From NCBI GenBank assembly GCA_963663765.2, contig CAXXUA010000015.1, forward strand, positions 224,001 to 288,000: a DNA stretch of 64,000 nt. Direction: 5' to 3'. Below are positions 28,995-38,883 of the stretch, piece after piece. The notes under the pieces are model-generated. The model had not been told where the DNA came from. It ran no database searches and worked only from the letters and a program-made list of their open reading frames with translations. Positions within the stretch are counted from its first letter, which is position 1, and every line of letters begins with the position of its first letter. The DNA comes from Candidatus Poribacteria bacterium (GTDB lineage: Bacteria > Poribacteria > WGA-4E > WGA-3G). The position numbers and the translations under genes are program-made.

Positions 28995-29408
28995 TTAGAG
29001 GATATTTGTTAATGTTGTGAGAAAACCTGACAACACTGGAGTATCTGATAGTTCACAGATGCCTTCCAATTGACGTTTTTCTTCAAAGTAGGCATTATAG
29101 ATGACAAGATTGTCACCATATACCCCCATTGTTACCGTACCTTCATCTAGGTGCCATCCAATACTAAGACTACCATCTTCTGCCCAACTAATATCGGGCA
29201 TGGGAATCTTGTAATTACAAAGGAACTCTATCAAAACAGACGCATCATTGTATGCTGAAGTCGGGATTAGGTCAATCTCGTTATCCAAGGCATAAGCGTT
29301 TTCAGTTTCTTGTCGAATTTCGTCTAATTCGCGCTGCACCTGTTTGCGAAACAGCACTTTGTCTGTTGGCGGTAACGGGAGAGCATGTTCCTTTTGTACA
29401 GTTTCCAT
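28995..29408 (-). CDS. Hypothetical protein (PDI..EDGSLSIGW); probable partner of 28437-28980
   Basis: Intact 137-aa acidic ORF, 14 bp upstream of the next gene; two further copies in the island. Confidence 0.75.
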   Translation of the reverse strand: METVQKEHALPLPPTDKVLFRKQVQRELDEIRQETENAYALDNEIDLIPTSAYNDASVLIEFLCNYKIPMPDISWAEDGSLSIGWHLDEGTVTMGVYGDNLVIYNAYFEEKRQLEGICELSDTPVLSGFLTTLTNIL

Positions 29409-29436
29409 AATATTTCACCTATCTAAAATGATTACA

Positions 29437-29676
29437 TTATTTCAAGAGACGTACAAATCCTGCTTGTTCAAAGTGGTGATCTGTTGTCAAAGCTTCAGTT
29501 ATGTCACGCTCTTCCATCGCACCAAAACTAACAGCGTCAACGAGACTCCACTGTTTATCTAATCGATTTGCAAGAAACTGCCATGCTTTCTCGTCCAATG
29601 ATTCGTTTATGTGGACAATTTCAACCCAGTCAAAGGCATTCGCCCACCCGGATGTATCAACGAAAACCTCATTCAT
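29437..29676 (-). pseudogene. VapC/PIN toxin with a probable internal in-frame deletion
   Basis: VFVDTSGW and SLVDAVSF...ALTTDHHFEQAGF are present, but only ~79 aa remain against the usual ~130-140; the central T..V..E region is missing. Confidence 0.75.
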
Positions 29677-30112
29677 CCTCATCTCCCCATAATTCTGCTA
29701 ATAACGCGTCACCAATATAGTCATCGTGACGTTCACCGATATCTGTGACATCACATTCCAACGTTCCCAGCAAGGCGATGAGCGGATCCGGGTGATCTTC
29801 GTAAGGTCCTTTAACCACGCGTGTCTTTGGACGAACTGGATTCTTGAGACGGTATTTTATTTCTGTGACATCTAAATCCAGCGTACCTGCTAATGCAAGA
29901 AGTGGATCAGTTTCTTGTGTTTCTTCAACTCTATCTACCACATCTTGTTTTTCGTCTTCAGATTCTCGTGTGTCTTCAAACTTACCATGCATTGATGACA
30001 CTTGTTGCTGTAAATCGTCAATAACATCAAGCTTTTTATTTATATCCCGCATCCACTGTTCTGACTTAGTGATAAATGTTAAGATATGTTTTTGGAATTC
30101 CTGATCGTTCAT
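29669..30112 (-). CDS. Putative antitoxin of the PIN toxin, with an internal DPL.AL.GTL repeat
   Basis: DPLLALAGTLDLDVTEI / DPLIALLGTLECDVTDIGERHDDYIG; overlaps the PIN start. Confidence 0.65.
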   Translation of the reverse strand: MNDQEFQKHILTFITKSEQWMRDINKKLDVIDDLQQQVSSMHGKFEDTRESEDEKQDVVDRVEETQETDPLLALAGTLDLDVTEIKYRLKNPVRPKTRVVKGPYEDHPDPLIALLGTLECDVTDIGERHDDYIGDALLAELWGDEDE

Positions 30113-30258
30113 CAGATTCTCTTTTAGATTTCGGGCAATGGATAACTTCCTTACGCGCAGATTGTAACTAAGCAATCTACTATTTTACATATCGAGATTT
30201 TAGCATAAATCCGCATTAAATACAACACGAATTCTCCGACCTTGATGAAAGATGCCCT

Positions 30259-31904
30259 TCAGTCAAGCAGAAGTGACAACTGCGTTGCCGAAGTAGGTAT
30301 TTTCGCTTTTGTTGTCCTCTTTTTTCGTTTCGGTTGCTGCTCTTTTTTCTCTTTTCGGATTTTCTCTAATAGGACACTTGCTGTTTCATCGTTCGGGTCT
30401 TGCGGGACAAGTTTACCAGAAAACCCATGCTTGAGGATAGACTGTCGCAAACGTTCCGCGCGTTTCAGTTCTGCTCCGATAGTTGCTTCTGCCGCATCAG
30501 CGACTGAAAGGTGACGCTCAAGTTCAGAAACAATCTGTTCCTGTTCGGTAAGCGAAGGAATTGGAACATTACCTTTAGTGAAAAATTACGGGAAATCCCA
30601 CCAACAGTAGCCCCTCGAAAGTCTGAGAGAATCTCTTTCTGTCCTTTGCTGCTAAAGAGATAAAAAAACACAAATTTTGGCATAGCTTCTTCTGGATCAA
30701 CCCGAACAATAAAAAGGTGTTCATAAACTGTGGCATGTTCATGTGGAAAACTGTCATCAACAAAACTGGTTTTTCCGGTCGTCGCGCCATCTTTCACGAC
30801 AATAATATCGTTTGGGTTAATCTGTCCTTTGTTTAGTGATTTAAAATACTTTTCAGGAACATATTTTATCTTTTTAAACGACTTGTGCCAGTTAACCCAT
30901 TGTTTTCAAAGTTTTTACATATAGTAGGTTTATAATGCACACATATCGTCCCTACGGGACTAAAGAGGATGTACTATGACGTATTTCTATAAACATATCG
31001 TCCCTACGGGACTGAAGATCGTTTCAAACTATGAAGGACACCTGCAAAACGTCATGCTTATGTGAAACAAAGATTAACATATAGTTATTTAGCACAACTC
31101 GTTTTTTAAAGTTAAAACTACCTTCATCATTTAAATGTTCACCTCCGAGACTCGGTATACCTTCAGCAATACCACGTACCCCGCCGCGCGGACGCGAACC
31201 ACTTTCAAGCGTGATGAATTCACTCAGTTTCCCACTTTTCCAATTATCAGAATCCCCTTCGCGCCATTCCTTTGTCAACTCCCCTTCAAAAGCATCTTTG
31301 AGAAGTGATTGACGGTACCGCTGCACTTGCACTTGTGCTTTTTTGAGGTTATCAACTGTTGCGTCTAATTGTATAAATAAAGACTCTAACTTGGCTACGA
31401 TAAGGTGTTGTTCTGGTAATGGAGGTAATGGCATTTCCAAGTCAGTAAGTGCTTCTGTCCCCAATCTTAGTCTTCCTGTTCTGCCTTTCATTCTCGCGGT
31501 AAGCAAAGCACGGACATCAGAAGATAACAAATAATAGAAAAGATAAATTTTATCAGTAACACCTTCAATTTCACGAATTGGAATTACCTCAGTTGTTGCA
31601 ATACCAAAGGGTGTTGACAAATCCTCAATGATACTTTGTTGCCATTTTCAAAAGATGGAGTAATTTTAGCGAGAAGGATATCTCCTGGTTCAAAATAAGT
31701 TCCACTACTAAGTTCATCGGTTGGTTTGAGTCTAAATTCTTTAGAATATAACGTGGCAATTGGAATCAAGCTCATCGGCACAAACGGGACTTCATTATAT
31801 TCAGAATATCGTAAGTCTCTCGGTTTCTTTGTAAATTTCGCAATCTCATTAAATCTTACTATCTGCCAATGCTCAGGCAAATCCATCAGATTCATTTTGC
31901 TCAT
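30259..31904 (-). pseudogene. hsdS: Type I R-M specificity subunit, disrupted by two 1-nt deletions and a MITE
   Basis: DLPEHW, GDILLAKITPSFENG, PLPPLPEQ..IV, RQSLLKDAFEGELT; second TRD (VKDGATTGK); RQSILKHGFSGKLVPQDPNDE. Breaks near 31640, 30878-31102 and 30572. Confidence 0.92.
30878..31102. mobile_element. MITE family B inserted in hsdS, TSD TTTTTAA(A)
   Basis: Excision restores the frame GSFNFKKIKYVPEKYF. Confidence 0.92.
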
Positions 31905-31912
31905 GTGTTCCT

Positions 31913-33316
31913 TTACAATATATTCGTGAGACGTTCTCCGATGGAACGCAGTACTTTTTTCATGTTGCGCGGTTCATTCAACGTGTCCGGCTTAGGTGTA
32001 GTGGTAGCGTATGAAGCGTGCGGCTCCAGTCTCTCCTCAAAACGGTTATAGAGTGTAACGGTGGTCCATTGAGCCGTTTCATAATTTGGTGCTGGTAGGC
32101 CGAGGTTTTCCATTTCTTGTCGCATTTTCCTTGTGCCTTCACTTAAAGCCCGGACCATAGGTTCACCGCGTTCATCTTTCATAATGCGCATCCAATCAAC
32201 AATCTTCTGATTTCGCAGCACAGAACTAAGCACTGTATCTGCAAGGCTAAAGTGCCGTGGTACTTCCTGGGGGATGCCACCCGGATTTTCCACCACTAAA
32301 CCATTCCGATATGCAATGCAATGAATCGGTGCGTTGACTCCATAATCTCTATGAATAACAGCGTTCACGACTGCTTCATCAACAGCAAAGAGTGGATATT
32401 CGGGATCTTCAATGAATCCACCGTTAGAACTCCGTCTTATCATTGTGCGGAAGAGGGCAGAATCTCTAAAAAAGGTTCGCAATTTACGAATAATGTTTGG
32501 AAGTGCGCCGTCGAAATCCTTATCAAAGGTTGTCGTGCCACGGTGCCCTGCCTCTTCAACGTCAACTTCAAAACGTAAAACTCTAACATGCGCTGTTGGA
32601 AACTTCTTACGAGGATTTGAAGCAAAAAAGAGGTAACCTGCATTAGTGAAAGCGCATTTTTCACCCTCTATTTGCATAATGGCATCTATGTTTAAGAGAA
32701 ATGCCTCTGTACTATATTCATATTGGGCCCCTCTTGTTTCAAGAAACGCATTTTTGAATTCCTCAACTACTCCGTTATCAAGTTCATCGGGGTTGTAGGG
32801 ACAGCAGTAGGACGTTTCAAAATCAACTACCTTTTTTTCACGTTTAAGTTGTTCACGATCTTGTTCAGTTAATGCAAGGTTTTGTGCGCCAACCCTTTTC
32901 CATGCTTTTGGAAAATCTGCGAATGTTTCACAAATAGCATACGGTGTCCACGGGGTATAAAGTAGATGCAATCGTTTTCCATCCGAATTAGGTAATTCCA
33001 CGTCTTGCACCTGTGTTGCGTGGTTACGTAAATCCAATGTGCCTTGTAGGATGCTATTCATCGTTTGTTCATTAACATGCTGTGTGCCTTTGATGGTGCC
33101 ATCGTCATCGATACCAAGAACCAAGAGTCCGCCTTCTCTGTTGCGGTTCGCAAAGGCAGAGATGCACTGCTTAATCTTGTCTCTCAGTGTGCTGATTTGA
33201 TTGTTGGTATCTATCCGAATCTCTTTTCGTTCGAAATACTGCCCCTCAAAATCAGCAGATTGTAGAAAATCAAGATACTCTAAAGGATTATCAAAAACAT
33301 CTTTTGGGTTTGGCAT
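31913..33316 (-). CDS. AlbA_2 (Schlafen-like) + HATPase_c_4 ('RecG C-terminal') protein
   Basis: EGQYFERKE, ISAFANR.GGLLVLGIDDDG, EAVVNAVIHRDY, VENPGG, RN, GTRKM. No obvious C-terminal HTH. Confidence 0.85.
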   Translation of the reverse strand: MPNPKDVFDNPLEYLDFLQSADFEGQYFERKEIRIDTNNQISTLRDKIKQCISAFANRNREGGLLVLGIDDDGTIKGTQHVNEQTMNSILQGTLDLRNHATQVQDVELPNSDGKRLHLLYTPWTPYAICETFADFPKAWKRVGAQNLALTEQDREQLKREKKVVDFETSYCCPYNPDELDNGVVEEFKNAFLETRGAQYEYSTEAFLLNIDAIMQIEGEKCAFTNAGYLFFASNPRKKFPTAHVRVLRFEVDVEEAGHRGTTTFDKDFDGALPNIIRKLRTFFRDSALFRTMIRRSSNGGFIEDPEYPLFAVDEAVVNAVIHRDYGVNAPIHCIAYRNGLVVENPGGIPQEVPRHFSLADTVLSSVLRNQKIVDWMRIMKDERGEPMVRALSEGTRKMRQEMENLGLPAPNYETAQWTTVTLYNRFEERLEPHASYATTTPKPDTLNEPRNMKKVLRSIGERLTNIL

Positions 33317-33453
33317 TATGACACCTCTTTGGCGTGTTTTCAAAATTGCGGTAAATTAGTTTATCGTATGCCCACAATTTTAGCACAAACTGTATGCGAA
33401 TTCAAGCGTTTTAGACAGGCAATAGCGACCTGAGGCGCTTATATAAAGCGAAA

Positions 33454-35874
33454 TTAAGAAACTAATTTCTCTGTGAGATCCGTTAGCATATCGTCTAAAT
33501 CATCTCCGAAGAGTTGCATGGCTCTTGCTACACCGCCGCGCTGCGCGAAAGGTGTGAACTCAAAATCATTTATTTGAAAACCGAGTGATGTGGCAATGCA
33601 TTCCTGAATCAATTGAAGCCAGTTTACTTGTTCTGGTGTGAAGTATTTACCCTCTAACCATTCTTCAAAATGTCGGTTGACGATTAAACTAAAAGGTTCT
33701 AAAATACTTGTATATTCCATAGCAAAACGGACTAATGATATGAAGTCTGTTAGCAGTATTGTAGATCCATGAACTCTTTCTGGTGACCTTCTTTGATAAG
33801 CCATCCATAATGACTCACGACTGAGACTGCTGGAATGCTGTTGCAATGCTTGTTTAAGTTCTTTTAAGTTGTCTTCACTCAGTGTACCTTGTAATACTGG
33901 AAGTTCACACAATATTTGTAATGCTGTCAAGTCATCTACATTTTCATGTATAAACCTTTTAAAGTCGTTGATAACATTAGCAGCCTGTGTGAAACTTTCA
34001 GGATCAAATCCTGTTTCAATAACTCTGTCTCTGCTTACATCATCCATGAGTTGGTTAGGGTCTCTTGGAGGAGGTCCGATTGGTTCATTATTTGAAGGTT
34101 CACCTTGTCGCGCTTGTGAATCAGTTTTAACGGATTCATAGACACCGATAGCATCAACGATAATGAAATGGGTTTTTGCAGTCGCATCACTCGTCACAGA
34201 ACGTAGATCGTCGTTATTGATCGTCCGTACCCCTCTCCCGATCATCTGCTCAAAATATCCACTTGATCGGACAGACCGCATAAAGACTAAACACTCAAGC
34301 GGTTTAATATCGGTGCCGGTAGAAATCATGTCTACACTTACAGCAATACGTGGATTGAATTGTGTGCGAAATTGCCTGATCAGATCCTCAGGTTTATCGC
34401 TTGTGTAGGTGATCTTTTGGCAAAAATCATCGCCTCTTGCAAAAACTTCACGGACAATCCTGACAATATCTTCTGCATGGAAATCGTGTTTTGCAAAAAT
34501 AAGTGTTTTCGGCACTTTCACCCTACTTTGAAAGAGTTCTGTGAAGAGTACGTCCTTGAAAGTCCGAATAACTGTACGAATCTGGTCTTCTGCTACTACC
34601 TCCCGATCTAATTGATTTCCTGTATACGTTTCATCTTCAACTAACTGCTCCCATGTAAGTCTGCGCGTCTCTCGATCCCGTCTTGCGACATAACTTCCCT
34701 CCGCAACTGTGCTACCGCTTTCCGTGATTTCGGTTTTAATCCGATAAACGTAATAACCGACATTTACTTTGTCTTCAATAGCCTGTTCGTGTCGGTATTC
34801 ATAAACAAGATTCTGATTGAAAAAGTTGAGCGTTTGTGAGTATGGTGTTGCTGTGAGACCGAGAATGAAAGCGTCAAAATATTCTAATACATGCCGCCAT
34901 TTACCGTAAATAGAACGGTGGCATTCATCAACGATGATAAGATCAAATGTATCAATAGGAATGTTCGGATTATAGATAACTTCTTGGGATGGTGATTCTT
35001 CTGTTTCCTGTTCAAAAGTGGAACTTTCCTCATCATCCGACTCGTATTCAGTGTCATCTGTCAGCATTGAGTAGAGACGTTGGATAGTGGTAATACAGAC
35101 AGCACTTGCTTCGTCAATTACGTTGCTGGAAAGGTGTTGAACGATATATAAATCAGTAAATTTCCTGACATCATCGGGGGTTGTGTAATTTTGAAACTCA
35201 CGTAGTGCTTGTCTACCAAGATTGTTGCGGTCTACTAAAAAAAGAACGCGTTTGACATTAGCAAATTTGATAAGTCGGTATACACTGCTAACTGCGACAT
35301 AGGTTTTTCCGCTGCCTGTTGCCATTTGGATTAAGGTGCGTGGGTGAGATTCTAAAAAGGATTTTTCAAGTACAGTAATTGCGTTAAACTGGCAATCCCA
35401 GAGATTACCTTGTACTAATTCATGTTCAAGGAGATTCTCTTTAAGTCTCTGCCGAAGGGTTTTGGGTTGAAGTGCGTCTCGGAGTGCCTGTGGAGTATGG
35501 AATGTAAATACTGGTCGGGAACTGGAGTCTGGGTCACGTTTATCCTGAAAATAGGTCTCCACGCCAGTAGATGCGTATAGAAAAGGGCATCCCTGTAACG
35601 TTGGCAAAGTATCGGGTAGACTGGCGTGATACCGTTCTGCTTGTTGGAGTGCACCCCCAAGCGTCTTGCCTTCTTTTTTTGCTTCTATGATGCCAACTGC
35701 AACCTCATTGATAAAAAGAAGATAATCTGCACTCTGATCGTCTTGCAACGGATATTCGCGGACAACAACACTAAGAGGAGCATCTGTTGCACGTTCAGCA
35801 TAATTCTGGATCTGCCATCCTGACGCTTCCAGCATGCTATCAATGTTTTGGCGTGCGTCACGTTCATTTTTCAT
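33454..35874 (-). CDS. hsdR: Type I restriction endonuclease subunit R (EcoEI-like)
   Basis: AD...IIEAKK nuclease motif, MATGSGKT, DECHRS, GLTATP, ISTGTD, QMIGRG; EcoEI-type C-terminus. Confidence 0.95.
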   Translation of the reverse strand: MKNERDARQNIDSMLEASGWQIQNYAERATDAPLSVVVREYPLQDDQSADYLLFINEVAVGIIEAKKEGKTLGGALQQAERYHASLPDTLPTLQGCPFLYASTGVETYFQDKRDPDSSSRPVFTFHTPQALRDALQPKTLRQRLKENLLEHELVQGNLWDCQFNAITVLEKSFLESHPRTLIQMATGSGKTYVAVSSVYRLIKFANVKRVLFLVDRNNLGRQALREFQNYTTPDDVRKFTDLYIVQHLSSNVIDEASAVCITTIQRLYSMLTDDTEYESDDEESSTFEQETEESPSQEVIYNPNIPIDTFDLIIVDECHRSIYGKWRHVLEYFDAFILGLTATPYSQTLNFFNQNLVYEYRHEQAIEDKVNVGYYVYRIKTEITESGSTVAEGSYVARRDRETRRLTWEQLVEDETYTGNQLDREVVAEDQIRTVIRTFKDVLFTELFQSRVKVPKTLIFAKHDFHAEDIVRIVREVFARGDDFCQKITYTSDKPEDLIRQFRTQFNPRIAVSVDMISTGTDIKPLECLVFMRSVRSSGYFEQMIGRGVRTINNDDLRSVTSDATAKTHFIIVDAIGVYESVKTDSQARQGEPSNNEPIGPPPRDPNQLMDDVSRDRVIETGFDPESFTQAANVINDFKRFIHENVDDLTALQILCELPVLQGTLSEDNLKELKQALQQHSSSLSRESLWMAYQRRSPERVHGSTILLTDFISLVRFAMEYTSILEPFSLIVNRHFEEWLEGKYFTPEQVNWLQLIQECIATSLGFQINDFEFTPFAQRGGVARAMQLFGDDLDDMLTDLTEKLVS

Positions 35875-35925
35875 CTATGGTATGGTTTTGGACGGGTACA
35901 AAGACCCGTCCCTAAGGTTATTATA

Positions 35926-36083
35926 TAGGACTTACGCAGTTTTCTTGATTTAATCAAGAATTATGATGAAAATGATGTAATTATCAGCATTTTTATAGGG
36001 TTACAGCGCGCTTACAAAGCACCAAATCAACGGTATGAATGCCATTTAGGCATTCACCGCCTACCGTTTTTGCGTAAGTCCTG
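35926..36083. mobile_element. MITE family A long variant, TSD TTATA
   Basis: TAGGACTTACGCA...TGCGTAAGTCCTG with TTATA duplication. Confidence 0.9.
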
Positions 36084-36096
36084 TTATAGGTAGAAC

Positions 36097-36852
36097 CTAT
36101 ACATTACAGACATCATAAGCATGTTGCATTGCGTCAAACGCATCACCTTTGGGACTAAACTCGTGTCCGACATAAAGGTCGTAGTCTGTCTTTGCGATAG
36201 CACGCATCACGGCAGGATAATAGATTTCCTGTTCATCATCAAGATCGCGACGTCCTGGGTTTCCTGCAGTATGGAAATGTCCGATATATTTAATGTAGTC
36301 CGTGATATTACGGATGAGGTCACCTTCCATAATCTGCATGTGGTAGATGTCGTGAAGTAGAAGTGCACGCGGTGAATCGATCCCTTTACAGACTTCAACA
36401 CCCCACACTGTTTTGTCACACTGATAATCGGGATGGTTGACTTTGCTATTGAGTAGTTCAATGCACAAGTTGACACCCTTTTCCTCAGCAGCTTTGGTAA
36501 CACGCGACATTCCAGCAATCGTATTGTCACGACCTTCTTCATCGGATCTTCCTTCTCTATTACCTGAAAAACAGATGAGACCGGGGATGTCGTTTTCCGC
36601 TGCGATGTCAATGTTTTTAAGCAGTTCATCTTCAATCCTGTCGTGGTTATCCGGATTGTTCAATCCTGATGGAAGCGATGAATGTCCAACGATGATCGCA
36701 ACCCGCATTCCATTGTCTTTCACAACGGACCAGAGATCTGCAGGTAGCATCTCAACAGATTTATAGCCGATTTCTGCAGCTTTTTTTATCACATCTACGG
36801 GGTCTCTGTCTCGACGGAAACCACCAAAACAGATGGATTGATTAATAGGCAT
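36097..36852 (-). CDS. Hydroxypyruvate isomerase-like TIM-barrel protein
   Basis: LICFSGNR, IELLNSKVNHPDY, DIYHMQIMEGD, GHFHTAGNPGR, GHEF. Confidence 0.88.
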   Translation of the reverse strand: MPINQSICFGGFRRDRDPVDVIKKAAEIGYKSVEMLPADLWSVVKDNGMRVAIIVGHSSLPSGLNNPDNHDRIEDELLKNIDIAAENDIPGLICFSGNREGRSDEEGRDNTIAGMSRVTKAAEEKGVNLCIELLNSKVNHPDYQCDKTVWGVEVCKGIDSPRALLLHDIYHMQIMEGDLIRNITDYIKYIGHFHTAGNPGRRDLDDEQEIYYPAVMRAIAKTDYDLYVGHEFSPKGDAFDAMQHAYDVCNV

Positions 36853-36951
36853 AATAGTATCTCTCTTTGCTAAGAGGCAGCAATTCACTGCCCCAATATC
36901 TTGTTAATTGATTTTGTGTGAATTTACACACTAAGCTTGAATTATGATTGT

Positions 36952-37917
36952 TTAAAGGTCAATAGCTTTACCGGTTCTGAATGATGTACTTGCAGCCAGC
37001 ATGATGCGAAGCGTTTGTAATGCATCGCTATATGGTGATAAGATTTCTGAATCATCCCCGCTCTTGACAGCATCAATGAAGACACGGTCGCGGTCTTTTC
37101 CACCACCACCTTGTAGTGGTTCTGTTTCTCCTGAACGGTTCACGTTGTTGGGTCCACCGACGGTAACAACCAATCCTCGTGTGAATACCTCAAGATGTAC
37201 CCGTCCGAAGCCTTGCATTGCACATGCTGAAACGATATTAGCGACAGCACCATTCTCAAACTCGATGTTCACCATACTGATGTCGTCAACGTCGTAGTTT
37301 TCCACGTGGGTCATACTACCGCTGTTAGCAACACCGTGTACGGTTTTACCATCACTGTCAACGAGAAAACGGCATAGGTCAAAGATATGGGTTGTTTGCT
37401 CAACGTGCTGTCCACCAGATTGCGCACGAACACGCCACCATGGCGTTCCTGGCATACCACCTATCCAATAGCCGAGTGCACCAAGTATCTGGGGTTGTTC
37501 ACCCAGCATTTTCTTGGCGTTTTGTGCATTACCGCCATACCGCCAATGATAACCTACACTTGTGATAACACCAGTTTCTTTGATGTAGTCATTGATGATA
37601 ATTGCAGGTTCAAGTTCACTATGTATCGGTTTTTCAATGAACATTGCGATGCCTTTTTCACAAGCGATTCGTTCCTGTTCACCGTGTGCAAACGGAGGCG
37701 TGCAAATATAAACTGCATCCAGTTCCTCTTTATCGTACATCACACGGAAATCGGAGTAAGCGTTACCGCCGTACTCTTCGGCGCGTCCTTTAGCACGGTC
37801 TTCAGAAATGTCGCACATCGCGCAAAATTCAACATCTTCAAAGTTATCTTTCAGGTTACGCATGTGCGCTCCTGCCATGCCACCTGTTCCAATAAAACCG
37901 AGTTTAACTTTATCCAT
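36952..37917 (-). CDS. Gfo/Idh/MocA family oxidoreductase
   Basis: GFIGTGGMA, ICTPPFAH, FIEKP, SGGQHVEQTTHIFD. Confidence 0.92.
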   Translation of the reverse strand: MDKVKLGFIGTGGMAGAHMRNLKDNFEDVEFCAMCDISEDRAKGRAEEYGGNAYSDFRVMYDKEELDAVYICTPPFAHGEQERIACEKGIAMFIEKPIHSELEPAIIINDYIKETGVITSVGYHWRYGGNAQNAKKMLGEQPQILGALGYWIGGMPGTPWWRVRAQSGGQHVEQTTHIFDLCRFLVDSDGKTVHGVANSGSMTHVENYDVDDISMVNIEFENGAVANIVSACAMQGFGRVHLEVFTRGLVVTVGGPNNVNRSGETEPLQGGGGKDRDRVFIDAVKSGDDSEILSPYSDALQTLRIMLAASTSFRTGKAIDL

Positions 37918-38070
37918 ACTTTCTCCTTAAAGATTAGGTCGTAACGAAAAATCCATAAAATTTTTAATAGTTTATCAAATATGAACATTTATTGCAAGCA
38001 ATATGAATATCTGATATAATAATTTAGGTGAATTATCAGACAAAAAATAGACCCCAACAGGAGATAATAT

Positions 38071-38862
38071 ATGGGTTTTAAATTTGGATATAGCACGTTA
38101 CGTTGGCAACAACCAGATTTTGAGCAGTTATTAACACAGCTAAAGGATGCTGGTTGGGATGGTTGGGAGATGCGACAATCCTTAGAGTGGGCAGGAACAC
38201 CGAGACGTATACGCCGGATGTGTGAGAATGTTGATATGCCGGTCGCAGCTGTTACAGCACGAGGGTTACCGATTGACAAAAACTATGAGCAGATGGAAAT
38301 CAATAAGCGAAGAATTGATTTTGCAGCAGAGGTAGGAGCAGATTGTTTCATGTTTATGGGGGCAGGAAAACCGAAAGACCGACCTATTGACAACGCCGAG
38401 CTTGCGAAACTCGCTGATGTTTCCGAAGAATGGGCAGAATATGCATCACGATACGGATTAGAAGTCTGTTATCATATCCATACCAACACCACAGTGGATT
38501 CAATAGAAGATTGGGCAAAATATATGAGCCTACTTCGTAAATGCAAACTGTGCATAGACGTGTCACATTCAGCACTATGGGGATTTGATCCGATTGAATC
38601 AATTCAGCGATATAAAGATGTACTTGTGTATGTTCATCTACAAGATTATTCAGGTTACACAGGTGGGAATGGAAGTACCTACAATGTGGATTGGGTTGAT
38701 GTGGGTGGAGGAGATGTGATGGATTTTCCCGGTATTATGTCAACATTGGAAGAGCTAAACTTTGACCGATGGATTACTGCATGTCCGGGCACAGTGGAAG
38801 ACCGCACAGATGAAGAACGTATGACAGTTAATCGTGAATATTTGCAGCAATTGGGATATTAA
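38071..38862 (+). CDS. Sugar phosphate isomerase/epimerase (IolE-like TIM barrel)
   Basis: GWDGWE, CYHIH, LCIDVSH, YVHLQD, VGGGDVMDF. Confidence 0.82.
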   Translation: MGFKFGYSTLRWQQPDFEQLLTQLKDAGWDGWEMRQSLEWAGTPRRIRRMCENVDMPVAAVTARGLPIDKNYEQMEINKRRIDFAAEVGADCFMFMGAGKPKDRPIDNAELAKLADVSEEWAEYASRYGLEVCYHIHTNTTVDSIEDWAKYMSLLRKCKLCIDVSHSALWGFDPIESIQRYKDVLVYVHLQDYSGYTGGNGSTYNVDWVDVGGGDVMDFPGIMSTLEELNFDRWITACPGTVEDRTDEERMTVNREYLQQLGY

Positions 38863-38883
38863 AAGGAATAGGAGACAAAATAC

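Noticed and set aside
23240-35874. Prophage, integron or hsdS shufflon
   Set aside because: No integrase, recombinase, phage structural genes, attC-like sites or inverted hsdS copies were seen.
37387-37944. Long antisense ORFs (e.g. 37387-37944, 42894-43520, 38755-39186)
   Set aside because: Shadows of well-supported genes on the opposite strand, with no motifs.
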